A stretch of 39,467 bases of DNA, from contig NW_014040013.1 in the NCBI RefSeq assembly GCF_001186125.1, positions 22,089 to 61,555 of the forward strand, written 5' to 3'. The DNA comes from Sphaeroforma arctica JP610. Lineage: Eukaryota. The position numbers and the translations under genes were made by a program. Shown here piece by piece: positions 23,300-36,723 of the stretch. How positions within the stretch are numbered: position 1 is the stretch's first letter; each line of letters starts with the position of its first letter. The notes beneath the pieces are model-generated. The model saw only the letters and a program-made list of their open reading frames with translations, was not told the DNA's origin and made no database searches.

Positions 23300-23482
23300 G
23301 ACACAGCCTAGATACTTGTAGACCCCAATACTTTTATGTCAACGTATGTACACACACGGCCTAGATACTTGTAGACCCCAATACTTTAATGTCAACGTAT
23401 GTACACACACAGCCTAGATACTTGTAGACCCCACTACTTTAATGTCAACGTATGTACACACACGGCCTAGATACTTGTAGAT
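23300..23482. repeat. Tandem repeat of about 53 bp downstream of the ARV1 stop, 3 or more copies
   Basis: GCCTAGATACTTGTAGACCCCAATACTTTAATGTCAACGTATGTACACACAC. Confidence 0.9.
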
Positions 23483-24108
23483 CCGAATAGATCGTATGTA
23501 CACACAAGCATGAAAGGGCTTTCTCATTCTCCAGATCGGCGCGTGGTACCAAGGCCACACCCTCAGATCGCCACGGCGCATTGCAGTCGCATGCACTTGC
23601 AGACAAGGACACAGTCTCAACACTACAAATGCGCAGATAGGCCTCAAGTGCACTGATAAGACGCAAGCACGCCACTGGAAGCCACTGCAACATCGCATGT
23701 ATTTGGACACAGTCTCAACACTACGAGTGTGAGGTTAGGCCTTAAGTGACTGACAAGAAATGGATAAGACATATAAACACGCCACGGAAATTCGCTGAAA
23801 TGGCTGGAGCATACACAACAACATATATGACACACACCAGGGACATCCTCAATACAGATACACTAGTAATTTCGTCAATAAACCCCTGTGGGTGACTACT
23901 GTGGTCGTGGTCATATGTGCTTTACTAAAATGTCCTCTGTCTCCGATAAAGGAGAACAGCGGTGTTACTGCAATGTCAGACTGACATACACAGCGAGCTT
24001 CTGAGCGTTAAGGAGAAGACGGGGGGGGGGCTGTGGTGGTGGTGGGGTGAGGGGGGGTCTTGTCTTCGTGTAGACAACGCAAGCGATTGTCCATCACCGT
24101 GTGTCGTA

Positions 24109-27100
24109 CTACAGCTGCTGCCCTTGCGCCTGCTGTTGCTTCGTTTGTTCTTGTTGCCATTGCTGGTGCTGGTGTATTTGCTGCTGTTGTTGGTGATGCT
24201 GCTGCTGCTGCTGCTGTTGTTGTTGTAAGTACTGTTGTTGCTGTATATATTGCTGCTGTTGTGCCGTGAGTACCGTAGCCGCCTGGGCGATCTGTGTCTG
24301 TGCCTGTGTGCTTTGCTGCATAGGCTGTTGGGTTGTCTGGACCTTAGGCGACTGCATGCCTGTCCCCACTAACGCAGGCTGAGAGGCGTACGCGTTGCTA
24401 CTATACAGCTGTGCCCCAGTCAACGGCCCAGCGTGCGCGTTCACCGTCGCCGCAGGCGGCTTCATATCGTTCGCCGAACTCGCAAACGCCCTGAGTTGCA
24501 GAGCCTCGGCTGACGACGTGGGTGTAGCGGGCTGCGTGTAATTTCTCACACCCCCCACAACCGGGCCAAGTACATTCTCTGAGCTCAACCCACCGCTCAT
24601 AGTACCACTTAAGTTGGTCTTCTTTGCTGCTAGGCTCGTTTTGTTGTTGGTGCCGTTGCCCGCACCTCCTGCATCGTGTGCGTGTGCGAGTGCAAGTTGT
24701 TGCGGCGTGGTGTTCTGTTGAATAGTACCCATGGTGGTGCTGCGGCCCATTTGTTGCATTGGCTGAGAATTGGGGGGCTTGCGGTAGGACCGCCGATTCG
24801 GGTTGTTGGATCCCTGATGTGTGGGTGGGCATGTATTTGGTTAGTTTAAAGTTGATACAGGTAGGGATTTTGGTCTGTGGATATGATATCCCGCTAATGT
24901 AATAAACGTTCAGCAGTGATTGGGAGATAAGCACCACTGAGAAAAAGACGTAAACTCCCAGCGCACATCAGCTATACGAAGACATACACTCCCCAGTGCA
25001 CATCTGCTATACGCTCATTCATTGGCCACTACACACTGTAGAAATATAGCCCCAAGACATACACTCCCCAGTGCACATCTGTTATACGCTCATTCATTGG
25101 CCACTACACACTATAGAAATATAGCCCCAAGACCTATACTCCCCAGTGCACATCTGTTATACGCTCATTCATTGGCCACTACACACTATAGAAATATAGC
25201 CCCCAAAACATACACTCCCCAGTGCACATATGCTGTACGTTAATTCATTGGCCACTACACACTATAGAAATATAGCCCCAAGACATACACTCCTCAGTGC
25301 ACATCTGTTATACGTTGCTATACGTTTGCCGTAGCATACCCAACCGAATTCAAACGGTGCTGTTGATCGCAGGCGTTGATGGGTCGGCATAGAATACCTG
25401 CATATCTTGCAGATAAGGTCAACTAAGACATCCGCAGATAACATGCATAACATGCACATACCTCGGCACCTGGGCCGCAGTTGAGCTCCAACTCGCTGAC
25501 ATTAGAGAGCAGAGCGGTGTCTACCATAGACGTCACATTTGACTTGGCCAGCATCGCAGTTGAGTTGGTCGCCTGGTGTAGCGGGGACGGTGGAGGATGA
25601 GATGGTGAGCGAATGAGTTTAGTATTGATGATATTATATGCCGGTGCACGGTAACGAATATATACACTGAAGGGATGCACATGCGGGGATTGAGCTATTG
25701 CGATACGATTGCCATATACGAACCCTACGCATTGAAAACATAGGTCAATGAGGGCTTTTCGGAAAGGGACATATCTGCGTCACCCCCGGCCCTACCCTTG
25801 CGCATCTCAGCCCAGAGTAGCGATAAAAGACCCTAAAATGACCCTAACCCCACGAGAAATCACCCCGGGAACGGTACAATTATTGTTACCTTTGGTTTCC
25901 TGGGCCGAATGTCCTCTCCAGCGCCCACCTGTCCGCCCGTGGCCGCACTCCCCGCGGGGTACTGTGAGGTCAAGTTCTGCACCGAATTCGCTGGGGTTTT
26001 GGGTACACCCGAAACATTCGGGGGCAGGGCTGGCCGTGGCAGTGGTTGGCTGGCCGGTGCTGTGGGTATGGCGCCTTCTGACCCCTGCTGCTTCTCACGC
26101 ATCATCTGCCGTTTGCGCTGGTACTCGGCTCTGCGTATGGGTGTGGAAGTGATGCGGCAAGACCAAAGATGTATGAGCGGACGCTAGTGGGACATGGAGA
26201 GCAAGCTGTACTTGTGAATGTAGGACTGAGAATGGGTAGCTTGTTATTTATACGATATGCAGTGCTGATGGGAAGCAGCAGCTGTCGGGCTAGGGACAAT
26301 TGAATGTAGGAATAAGAATAGGCAGCTTATTATTTGTACGATATACAGTGCTAATAGGAAGCAGCAGTTGGTGGGCTAGGAGCAATTAAATCTAGGCCTA
26401 AGAATAGGCAGCTTGTTATTTGTACGATATGCAGANNNNNNNNNNNNNNNNNNNNNNNNNNNNNNNNNNNNNNNNNNNNNNNNNNNNNNNNNNNNNNNNN
26501 NNNNNNNNNNNNNNNNNNNNNNNNNNNNNNNNNNNNNNNNNNNNNNNNNNNNNNNNNNNNNNNNNNNNNNNNNNNNNNNNNNNNNNNNNNNNNNNNNNNN
26601 NNNNNNNNNNNNNNNNNNNNNNNNNNNNNNNNNNNNNNNNNNNNNNNNNNNNNNNNNNNNNNNNNNGTGCTAGGAACAATTAAATCTAGGATTAAGAATA
26701 GGCAGCTTATTATTGTACAATATGCAGTGTTAATAGGAAGCAGCAACTGGTGTGCTAGGAACAATTGAATCTAGGACTAAGAATAGGCAGCTTATTATTT
26801 GTACGATATGCAGTGTTAATAGGAAGCAGCAACTGGTGTGCTAGGAACAATTAAATCTAGGACTAAGAATAGGCAGCTTATTATTTGTTCGATATGCGGT
26901 GCTGACGGGAAGCAGCAACTGGCGTGCTAGGAACAATTCTACACGATCCGTTAATCCCGACTCATTACATGATATGGTCCGCGTGGGCCGGTTAACATGG
27001 TGCATACGCGTGCTCTCTCTGTTGAACGCTTTGTTTAACGCATTCGTACCGTTTCTACTGCAACGAGATATACCATACCCAAGACACTGAGCATTACACA

Positions 27101-30100
27101 TACTAACGGCCTAGAACAGCCCACATCTGAAAACAGGCGTCTCATCGACGTGACTTCAGTACTATTATTTTTCTTCCTCTCGGCATTGCCGCCCGCATAC
27201 GCAAGCCGCAAAATAAGATACACAGACTAGCACCACCCTAAACCCTAGAAACCCTAAACCACAATCACATACTTCTCCTGCTGATGGGAGGCCTCGATCG
27301 CTGCCAACTGTTTCTTCTGTCGCTCTTTCAACTCCCAGAATTCGCGATCCAGCGACCCTTGATCGCTAAGAACCGGCGTGCTCTCAGCCGCAGGTGCGTG
27401 TGGTTGGCGCTGAGGCTGTGCTTGCGTGTGTTGCGGTTGTGAATGTGGTGATAGCGGTTTTTGGAAGTGCTGTTGTGGCAGATACTGTTGCTGTTGCTGT
27501 TGCTGTTGTTGTATATGTTGTGGTGGTTGCTGTGGGTGGGGTGTTCCGTGAGAAGCCCCTCTCTGTGCCGTCGCTTGTATGTTATTGGGCGTGATTCTCC
27601 CGTTGTTTATAGTGGCGCCTGCGGGTGAGCCCATATTCGGCCCTGAAGGTAAATTGGAACTAGATTTTGTGTTGACATCTGGGTTCGCATAAGTACTCGC
27701 CTGCATACCCCCCAGCAACGGCTGCGACTGCGAGTTCGACACCCCATGAGTCCCCTGCACCTGTCCTGGATTCAGCCCATGACCTTGACTTTGACCTTTG
27801 GCCCGTTTTTGGACCGGTATCTGGGACGGTTGCCCTTGCCCCGTGTGCTGTGGTTGCTGTGGCTGCGTTTGCACCTGCGTGTACTGCTGGGGCATCCCCT
27901 GCGGCTGTCCACTCGAGGCTTGTCCCTGTGACTGTAGGGCCGTCTGCTGCCTCGACTGCGTGTGTTGTGGCTGGGTCGAGTACTGTGGTGGTGTGTGACT
28001 GCCCCCGTGTCCTGTTTCGCTCTGAAAGTGGTGCATCTGCGGCCCCGCGTGAGGCGCGACAGGTGCTGGCGGCAGCTGGGCGGCGCCCTGTGCATGATGC
28101 TGGTACTGCTGTGTCCGTGTCGGCTGCCTGGGCGACTGAGCCAGTGCATGTGGCTGCTCCTGCGCATACTGCCCCTGTACTTGTCCCTGTCCTGGTGCCT
28201 GGGCCAGTCGGCGTGCCTGGGCCTGTTCCAGGGCATGGCGCTGTTCATTGGCCTGGTGCTGCTGTGCCTGCAGCAGCAGCTCGTTGTGCAGCCGTTGCTG
28301 CTCTTGCGCTGCCTGGTGTTCCCGTTGCAGCTGCTGCTGGTGAAAGGCTTGGGCCTGAGTCTGAGTCGTCTCCTCCACAGGGCTTTGGCTCCGCGCCCGC
28401 GAACCGGGTTGGCCCATTGCCAGGGACGTAGAGCTTGATCGTAGCGATGGTTGCTGTTGCGAGGGCTGGGTCTGAGGCTGAGGCTGAGGCTGAGGCTGAG
28501 GCCGATGTGGCGGCTGTGATGGGTTCGCATTTGCCCGTGGCATGGGCGTGGTGTCCTGTTCCGGCGCGGGGGACTTTGGGGCATTTGTGGTGCTGCTGAG
28601 TACGCTTGTGCTGCTCGTATGCAGCTCTGGCATATCGGCCTGGGTCGGGTCGTGCGATTGGGGCCCGGGCAAAGTGGCTTGATAGTCGTTGTAGTGATTG
28701 ACCAGGGGTGCGCCACTCAGGATTCTGGCTTTGGACAACTCCACGATTTGCTCGATGTCTGATATGACCTGTGTGCGTGTGTGGGACGGCGGTACTTAGG
28801 ACAGGACGAAGGGGTGTGCCGATTTGGTTCGTGCCTATTTCCAGTCCATGGAGACCCGAAAACAACGAGAGAATAGGAGCGGGTGTATTTGTGGAGCGGA
28901 ATGTGAAGCCAATTGGGCCAATCAGACCCCAGTTCACTCCCCATAAATTGCTACAGTCAAGGAAGTACGGCACATCAACCGTACCAGACAGCAACAACTC
29001 GTACCGCAAATGTAGATATTGCACACCCAAGAGTTCTTGGAATTCACATATGCAAGCCATGCATGCTTAGCTCATTTATACACAGGTTAACACGTAAATT
29101 GTTCGTTCTAATAATACACATGTCACGTGATTGTAACCCAACACACTCGGACAGTACGCTGCACATGTACACATGTATGGACACACGTACACACACACTG
29201 CATGCAACGACCTATCCCCCACAGCAAGTCCTTGCGCATTCTAAAGAACATGTACCCATGTACACACAAACGACCTATCCCTCACAGTAAGTCCCTGCGC
29301 ATTCTAAGCCGCACACCTTGGCACTGTCGTCCTCGTCGATTATGTTCACATCAATCAGCTCCTCAACGATATCAAAGGCCGTGTCTTTAGTCAGATCAAA
29401 AGGAAAGTGCACAGCGCGTCGCTCGGCGCCTTTTGTCGTTTCAAACATAAGCTGAAGGATGTCACTGGAGGATGAAACGCACACGAATGAGTGGTAGGTG
29501 AAAGCAAATAAAACAGAGAGATATCACTGGAGGATGAAACGCATACGAATGAGTGGTAAGTGAAAGCAAATGACAACAGAAAGATATCACTGGAGGATGA
29601 AACGCATACGAATACGTGGTAAGTGAAAGCAAATAACAACAGAGAGATATCACTGGAGGATGAAACGCATACGAATACGTGGTAAGTGAAAGCAAATAAC
29701 AACAGAGAGATATCACTGGAGGATGAAACGCATACGAATACGTGGTAAGTGAATGCAAATAACAACAGAGAGATATCACTGGAGGATGAAACGCATACGA
29801 ATGAGTGGTAAGTGGGATGTAAACAAAGGCAGATTGGTTGCGACAGACATTTTCGAGTATAAGATGGGGCGAGTATGAGTGCATAACAGTTGCATGCGAA
29901 TAGAAACTAATTGAACTAGTTGTTTGCGCATATAATCTAATTTAATTAATTGTATTCGAATAGAAACTATTTAAATTAGTTGCATACGAATAGAAACTAG
30001 TTGAATTAGTTGCATACCAAAAGAAACCATATGATATAGTTGCATGCGAATAGAAACCAAACAATTTAGTTGCATGCGAATAGGAACTGATTGAATTAGT

Positions 30101-33100
30101 TGTTTGCGAATAGAAACTAATTTAATTAGTTGTATTCGAATAGAAACTATTTAAATCAGTTGCATACGAATAAAACTAATTTGAATTAGTTGGATGCGAA
30201 AAGAAACCATATGATATAGTTGGATGCGAATAGAAACCAAACGATTTAGTTGGATGCGAATAGAAACTAATTGAATTAGTTGGATGCGAATAGAGATTAA
30301 TTGAATTAGTTGGATGCGAATTGAGACTCATTGAATTAGTTGCATGCGAATTGAGACTCTAATTTAATTAGTTGCATGCGAATTGAGACTCTAATTGAAT
30401 TAGTTGTATGCGAAAAGAAACCAAATGAATTAGTTGCATGTGAACACAAACTCATTCAAATCAACGGACATCAGCAAAAGAATTTATCTGGGGTTCGTCA
30501 TCCGAGTAATACAAAAACCCAATCAATCGCATGAGGATCCACACAACCAGACCAACAACAAGCACTTGGGCCACTGACTGCGCAAGCAATGCCCCACAGC
30601 ACATACCATACACACGCATACACGGCAATACATCGGTTATCACGGTGACACTGTACTGTATGCGCATCATCCGCAACCACGTCTCACAGCCGAGTCACAC
30701 GTCTCGACCGATTCACACATACTTACTTGGTTTCAATTCCCATATGCTTACTTGGTTTCAATTCACACATACTTACTTGGTTTCAATTCACACATGCGTT
30801 CTTGGTTTCAATTCACACATACTTACTTGGCTTCAATTCACACATGCCCCCACTTGGTTTGAATTCACACATACTTACTTGGTTTCATTCACGAAGCCCA
30901 AACAGGACACTTCACTGACAGCTGAGGTGGACTGTACAGCCTCGTACGCTTGTTGCATGCGCAGAGCCTCGTCTTCTTCGAGGTAGAACATCTCGTCTGG
31001 GTAGCCGTTGTCACCTAGAGTGGCCTGGTTGTGAAACAGAGCCAGACGTGGACGGTATGACATGAGCCGGGTTACCAATGTCAACTGTGTGGGTGGGGCG
31101 TTCCAAGTGATACTGATAGTGTGACCGTGTGCTACTGGTAGTGTAACTGTGTGTTTCTGATAGTTTTAACCGTGTGATACTGATAGTGTAACCGTGTGCT
31201 ACTGATAGTGTACTGATAGTGTGACCGTGTGTTGCTGATAGTGTGACCGTGTGTTGCTGATAGTGTAATCGTGTGTTACTGATAGTGTAACCGTGTGTTA
31301 CTGATAGTGTAGCTGTATGCTACTGATAGTGTAACCGTGTGCTACTGATAGTGTACTGATAGTGTGACCGTGTGTTGCTGATAGTGTAACCGTGTGTTAC
31401 TGATAGTGTAACCGTGTGCTACTGATAGTGTACTGATAGTGTACTTATAGTGTAACCGAGTGCTACTGATAGTGTACTGATAGTGTAACCGAGTGCTACT
31501 GATAGTGTACTGATAGTGTAACCGTGTGTTACTGATAGTGTAGCTGTGTGCTACTGATAGTGTAACCGTGTGCTACTGAGATTGTATGCGTGTCCGATGG
31601 GTCCTTTCTGGACGTATTCATGTATATGCTAGTCTACGGAGCTCTCTGACTTGCATGCGCCTGAGCACATTTATACAGTACAGTACACCCACTCACACAG
31701 AGTCACCCGCAGGCAGCGCAAAGCATTGAATATCGCGGGTACTTCTGTCAGCAACACCTTGTTCTAGGGTCTTAGGGTTTCAAAGTTGCTAAGATCGGGT
31801 AAGGAGGTGACGGATAGGATAGCGATAGATGGGAGACTCTGAAGATCATCCGAAACCACACACACGACCTGAAGTCCAATGAACACAGCGGCCCAATGCG
31901 TCTCTAGAAAGTGGACAGTCCAAACACGCCCATGTAACACTCCCAGACATACGCACAACCCTTGCAACACTCCCAAATACGCACAAATACATTCACACAC
32001 TTCTTGCAACACTCTCATACATTCACACACTTCGTGCAACACTCACATTTACACACATTTTGGAATACTTCCATACCTTCACACACTTCGTGCAACACTC
32101 ACACATTTACACACGTTTTAGAATACTTTCATACCGTCACACACTTCTTGCAACACTCACACATTCACACACGTTTTGGAATACTTCCATACCTACACAC
32201 ACTTCGTGCAACACTCACACATTCACACACGTTTTGGAATACTTCCATACCTTCACACACTTCGTGCAACACTCATACATTCACACACGTTTTGGAATAC
32301 TTCCATACCTTCACACACTTCGTGCCACACTCTCATACACTTAATACACGTTTTGTGATACTTCCATACATTTTCCGATGAGATCTCGTCGCCTGGCAGA
32401 GAGTCCGCCGGTGGCTGCTGTGGCTGTTGCTGTGGCGGTTGCGGTTGCTGTTGCTGTGGCGGTTGCGGTTGCTGTAAGTCCAGCTGTTGCTGCTGCTGTA
32501 GGTGTTGTTGTAGTTGCTGTTGTTGTTGCAACTGTTGCTGTTGATAGGCTTGGGCTGTGTCACTGGTCAGACTAGAGCTACTGTTGGTAGCGGCTACATT
32601 GGCCATGACGCTCGAAGTATCTGCCGGTGTCGCAGATAAGTGTGTAAATAATAATACAAACAATTGGCTGATTGACAGTAGAGAGTAGAATACACCTACC
32701 TATGGGGCGTTGTCCCCACTGTGTGCTCGTCCTTAATGTTGGAGCTGATTATGTTTACTATGTACTATGTATACGGCTGCGTGAGTGTTGTAGTGCACAA
32801 ATACAGGCTAGAAACTCGCAAGCAATCCGCAACTCAATCCGTATCAATTCTTCACATGGGTGCGGGTGGAATTGACTCAACACGGGAAAAACTCACCAGA
32901 TCTGGTCATGGTGAGGATTGACACTTTCAGAACTATTTCTTGATTATATGAACTCCACACCGAATGATACTGAAGAACACCCTAAAGAAGTCCAGTTGCA
33001 CTATGCTCGACTGTACATGTATTTACACATTGGCCATTGCCATACATTTACGCAACACAAAACACAACCACACCAAGACACAAAGACATACACCATCCGA

Positions 33101-35428
33101 CCACAAACACAGCAAGACGGCCAAGCTCCACGGTATGCCGTACAACCCCGACCCACCTAATCTCACACGCACATACCCATCGTTATGAAGGGATGCTGTA
33201 ACAACTCCTTTGTGGAGGGTCGCAAATTGGGATCCTTTTCTATACATTTGTCGATCATATCCCGACCCTCCGGCCAAGTGACATCGGCTACGGATTCGGG
33301 TTTGATTCCCGACAGAACCTTTTTCATAATTGCCGCCACAGTCCGACATTCCTTATATGGGTACTGCACACGTGCGCGTGAAAAGTTGATATGCAGAGTC
33401 AGGGAGAGCAAACGCAAAAGGGTTCGGACAATCGGCGCCTGTCCCAGTGGGCGCGCATAGTCTTAAAAAAACTATCCAGGGCACCATCCTATAGATTTTT
33501 AGGACCGATTAACGTACAGCTGGTGTAGAGGGTTGCATAACTGGGTGTACCACAGTCGCACTCGAGTGCAATGCAAGCTCAGGCTGAACCTAGTCAGGAC
33601 TGAACAACTACGTGGACCTCGGGGCCATGCGTGTGGGATAGGAGGTTAACCCTGTAACCCATAGCAACGGTGAGCGCAAAGCATGCCATGTGTTTGTCAT
33701 TTCTTCACATATGCAGTCTATAGCTTCGCATGTGATCCTAAACCGTATGCGCATGAACGCGATGTCTAGAGCACCCACCACGACCCCACGATCAGTCGTA
33801 CACGCTACTCACAACCTTACACCCTCAGGGGCCATAGATCGGCAACGCTCACTCACATGCACATGTGGGGGTATACCTACTTCCTAAATAGAATCACAAT
33901 ACCCGTTAACGACTACTTTATGAAACATTGGCTTGACATGCAACTCCTGCTGTGTACACGCGCACGCTACACTCCGCACTGGTTGCCGCTTACCTCCAAC
34001 GTGAACATTTCTAATACACACATGCCAAAGGCATATATGTCCACCTTCTCGTTGTACCGCTCATCGTACATCTCGGGCGCCATAAACTCAGGAGTACCTG
34101 ATATTGGGAGTGGGGGTGGGAGGTGTTTAGGAGAATAGGTCAACGTAGTCAACCGTGTAGGTATAACGAATAACCTGGTCAGGAATATAGAGTAGGCCAA
34201 GACCGAAATTCGGGATGACATAAGCTATGCTTAAGGTCTTTTAAAAATGCTTTAACGAACTAACCCATTGCGCATGCCACCACCTGCAATATATACCGTT
34301 GTACACACAAGCCTTGAAAACGATAGTCCTCTGGAGGATAACGGCAGACACAACGCATGCCAAACATATATACTGATAGCCTTTAGCACTATACTTCTAA
34401 CCCCGATGGAGACCTTATACCGTGCGACCGGCTAATGATAAAAACTATACATTAGCGAACTTCGGGATAATAAAATAATAAAAACTATGCATGAGCAAAA
34501 ATCGGGTTACTACCCCCACTAAATCCGGATATACCAAGAAATGTACTATTCTGAAGAAAAAACCCCTCCGCCAAACGCAGACATACCTATCACCGACTCC
34601 TTGTGCGAATCCCTTTTTACCGTCGCCAGCCCCAGATCGCCTATTTTGATTCTACTGGTTTCACTATGTATGAAAATATTGTCGCACTTCAGATCGCGAT
34701 GAATCACAGCGGGATCCAAATTGTGCAGGTAGTCCAGACCCGATAATATTTGTTTGGCCCAATTCTGCACCACAGACGGCTTGATTGACTTGGCCCGTTG
34801 CAGGTACTGCTTGAGCGTCCCGCCGGTCAGGTATTCGGCAATGAAGACGATATTGCCTTTCTTCTTCGATTTAGAGGTAGAGTCCTGGAATTCGGGACCA
34901 TAAGAATAAACAAACTAGGGTTTAGGGTTTAGAGTTTTAGGGTTTTAGGGTATTTGGAAGAGTGGGTGACCATTGCAGGTGCATGGTACGCTCTACACTG
35001 ACGTGATATAAACAAATGGGACTCCGAGTATGAAGCGACACGTACCTTCCCCGCCGTCGTCCACCATTCGTAGCAGTCCAGGATAAACGGATGCTTCATG
35101 GATTTGAGCAGTTGTACTTCGCGTATGACGGCGTCGATGTCTTCTTTTCTCTCGTGTTGCGTCTAAATAGAAATAAAACGAAATAGAAATAAAAATAACC
35201 AACATTGACCAACGACTCTAGACTGTGTCGCGGTAGGTGAGACAGGTTCATTCTGAAGTCGAAAACGAGTTAAGCTATTCATCGGCAAAAAATAACGGGT
35301 AATGAAAGAATAATTATATCATTCAATACGCACCTACTAACACAATCAATAAAATCTATATATATATATATATATATACACATATATAGATATATATATT
35401 CTGTACGTAGTATGTTTACATATGTGTG

Positions 35429-35461
<33 letters not shown>

Positions 35462-35473
35462 CACTTGTATATA

Positions 35474-35526
<53 letters not shown>

Positions 35527-35748
35527 TTGTGTGTGTTTGTGTGTGCATGTTAATTTCAGAAAGTGACATGTATGTCCAAAATCCATAGCATTTTCCATGT
35601 GAATAAGACTCAATCTGTGTACTGACATCAACTCGAAACAGGTTTTCTAGCATACCTTCAACTCATTCCAGGCGACGGACCGAGCTTCTTCGGTATCATA
35701 TGCTTTGTATACGCTCTTGAACGCCCCGGTACCGAGCATAACATTCGT
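24109..35748 (-). CDS. WNK: WNK-family serine/threonine kinase with CCT-like domain, coiled coil and Q-rich tail; first exon(s) not resolved
   Basis: Phase-consistent exons 35748-35656 ([13 protein letters not shown]...VAWNELK), 35162-35046, 34884-34587 ([20 protein letters not shown]), 34097-33994 ([11 protein letters not shown]), 33363-33177 (YPYKEC), about 32932-32897 (tentative), 32620-32370, about 31024-30879 (acceptor tentative), 29464-29317 ([19 protein letters not shown]), 28768-27273, 26130-25890, 25572-25462, 24813-24109 (TAG). Lysine in the G-loop and none at the VAxK position is diagnostic of WNK. Confidence 0.93.
24980..25315. repeat. Intronic tandem repeat, about 78-bp unit, about 4 copies
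   Basis: AGACATACACTCCCCAGTGCACATCTGTTATACGCTCATTCATTGGCCACTACACACTATAGAAATATAGCCCCA. Confidence 0.92.
26215..26940. repeat. Intronic tandem repeat (about 86-bp unit) spanning an assembly gap
   Basis: AGAATAGGCAGCTTATTATTTGTACGATATGCAGTG..AATAGGAAGCAGC...GCTAGGAACAATT on both sides of Ns 26436-26666. Confidence 0.9.
29462..29815. repeat. 63-bp tandem repeat, about 6 copies, each containing the WNK acceptor context
   Basis: Minus strand GCGTTTCATCCTCCAG|TGA(C/T)AT in every unit. Confidence 0.93.
29886..30445. repeat. Degenerate minisatellite of about 30 bp
   Basis: AATTAGTTGCATGCGAATAGAAACTAATTG recurs. Confidence 0.9.
30710..30890. repeat. Repeat of about 28 bp containing the WNK donor site
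   Basis: Minus strand GAAACCAA|GTAAGTATGTGTGAATT repeated. Confidence 0.88.
31107..31580. repeat. Minisatellite of about 23 bp
   Basis: ACTGATAGTGTAACCGTGTGCT with 11-bp sub-units. Confidence 0.92.
31930..32369. repeat. Tandem repeat of about 58 bp starting at a WNK donor site
   Basis: CACACACTTCGTGCAACACTCACACATTCACACACGTTTTGGAATACTTCCATACCTT. Confidence 0.92.
34916..34951 (+). repeat. Interstitial telomere-like tract
   Basis: TAGGG TTTAGGG TTTAGAG TTTTAGGG TTTTAGGG in a WNK intron. Confidence 0.75.
35357..35545. repeat. (AT)n/(GT)n microsatellite
   Basis: Directly visible. Confidence 0.93.
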
Positions 35749-36618
35749 CTGTTAGCGGTGAATACGATGAACAAGGTGAGAAGCATAACCACGACGCACT
35801 CAGTCCACAAGTGATTCGATTAGTTGTGAGAGATCATCTGGAGAAAACAATACGTTGCGTGGAGGCTTTCCAGATGCAGACGATCAGACTGCTATAAGAC
35901 CGCAAAATCGGCACCATAGCGACATGTGTAGCACAGGGCATGAAGTACAGAGCACTACAGGACTAACTGACAACAGGCCAACTCACTAAAAGGCCAACTG
36001 ACCACAGGCCAACTCACTTACAAGAATAATTAACCACAGACCAACTCTTAAGACTGCACAGAGTGTCTTTCGGTAAACGACTGTAGGATTATCAGCGATT
36101 CACACTCCAACCCGAACGTTAAACGCACAGCTACCCCACTCGTCGCAGGCATAAGCACCACACTCGGCAACATGTATTCTACCCCATTCGCAAACATCGG
36201 TATATTCAGAAAAACATAGAACCAAGTGAGGATGGGTAAGGGATATTTAAGACCACAAAGCAGCTATATTTAAATAAATAAAAAAGAATCTTTACAACAG
36301 CCGATAATTGTTATCGGCTAATGTCCACTCCCACTCAGAACAACATTTCAAATCAACTTTGAATACATTCTCGGAAAGGACAACTGTGCAAGCGATAGAC
36401 ATTCCTGCACATGTGTATCTTGTATGGTCTGTCTGAGGCTACTATCTATACATCGATGCCCACAAACTAAGATATAAATACAAACGAACATATTTGAATT
36501 TATACATAAATGTACTATAAATATCAATAAGCAATATTGCGCATGCCAGAGCAGATACAAATGATTACGTATTGAGGTGCTACATGAACATGACACAAGC
36601 AATATACAATATTTCATC

Positions 36619-36663
36619 TATACATATATATACATATATATACATATACATGTATATATATAC

Positions 36664-36705
<42 letters not shown>

Positions 36706-36723
36706 CATATATATATATATATA
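36619..36723. repeat. (AT)n microsatellite
   Basis: Directly visible. Confidence 0.93.

Noticed and set aside
23535..23735. Fifth ARV1 exon
   Set aside because: Read-through of exon 4 to TGA at 23215 gives a better hydrophobic C-terminus.
27394..29060. Long overlapping ORFs in other frames and on the plus strand
   Set aside because: Shadows of the GC-rich, Q-rich WNK exon.
31697..31763. Candidate WNK exon [22 protein letters not shown]
   Set aside because: It ends in phase 1 and no compatible open downstream acceptor was found.
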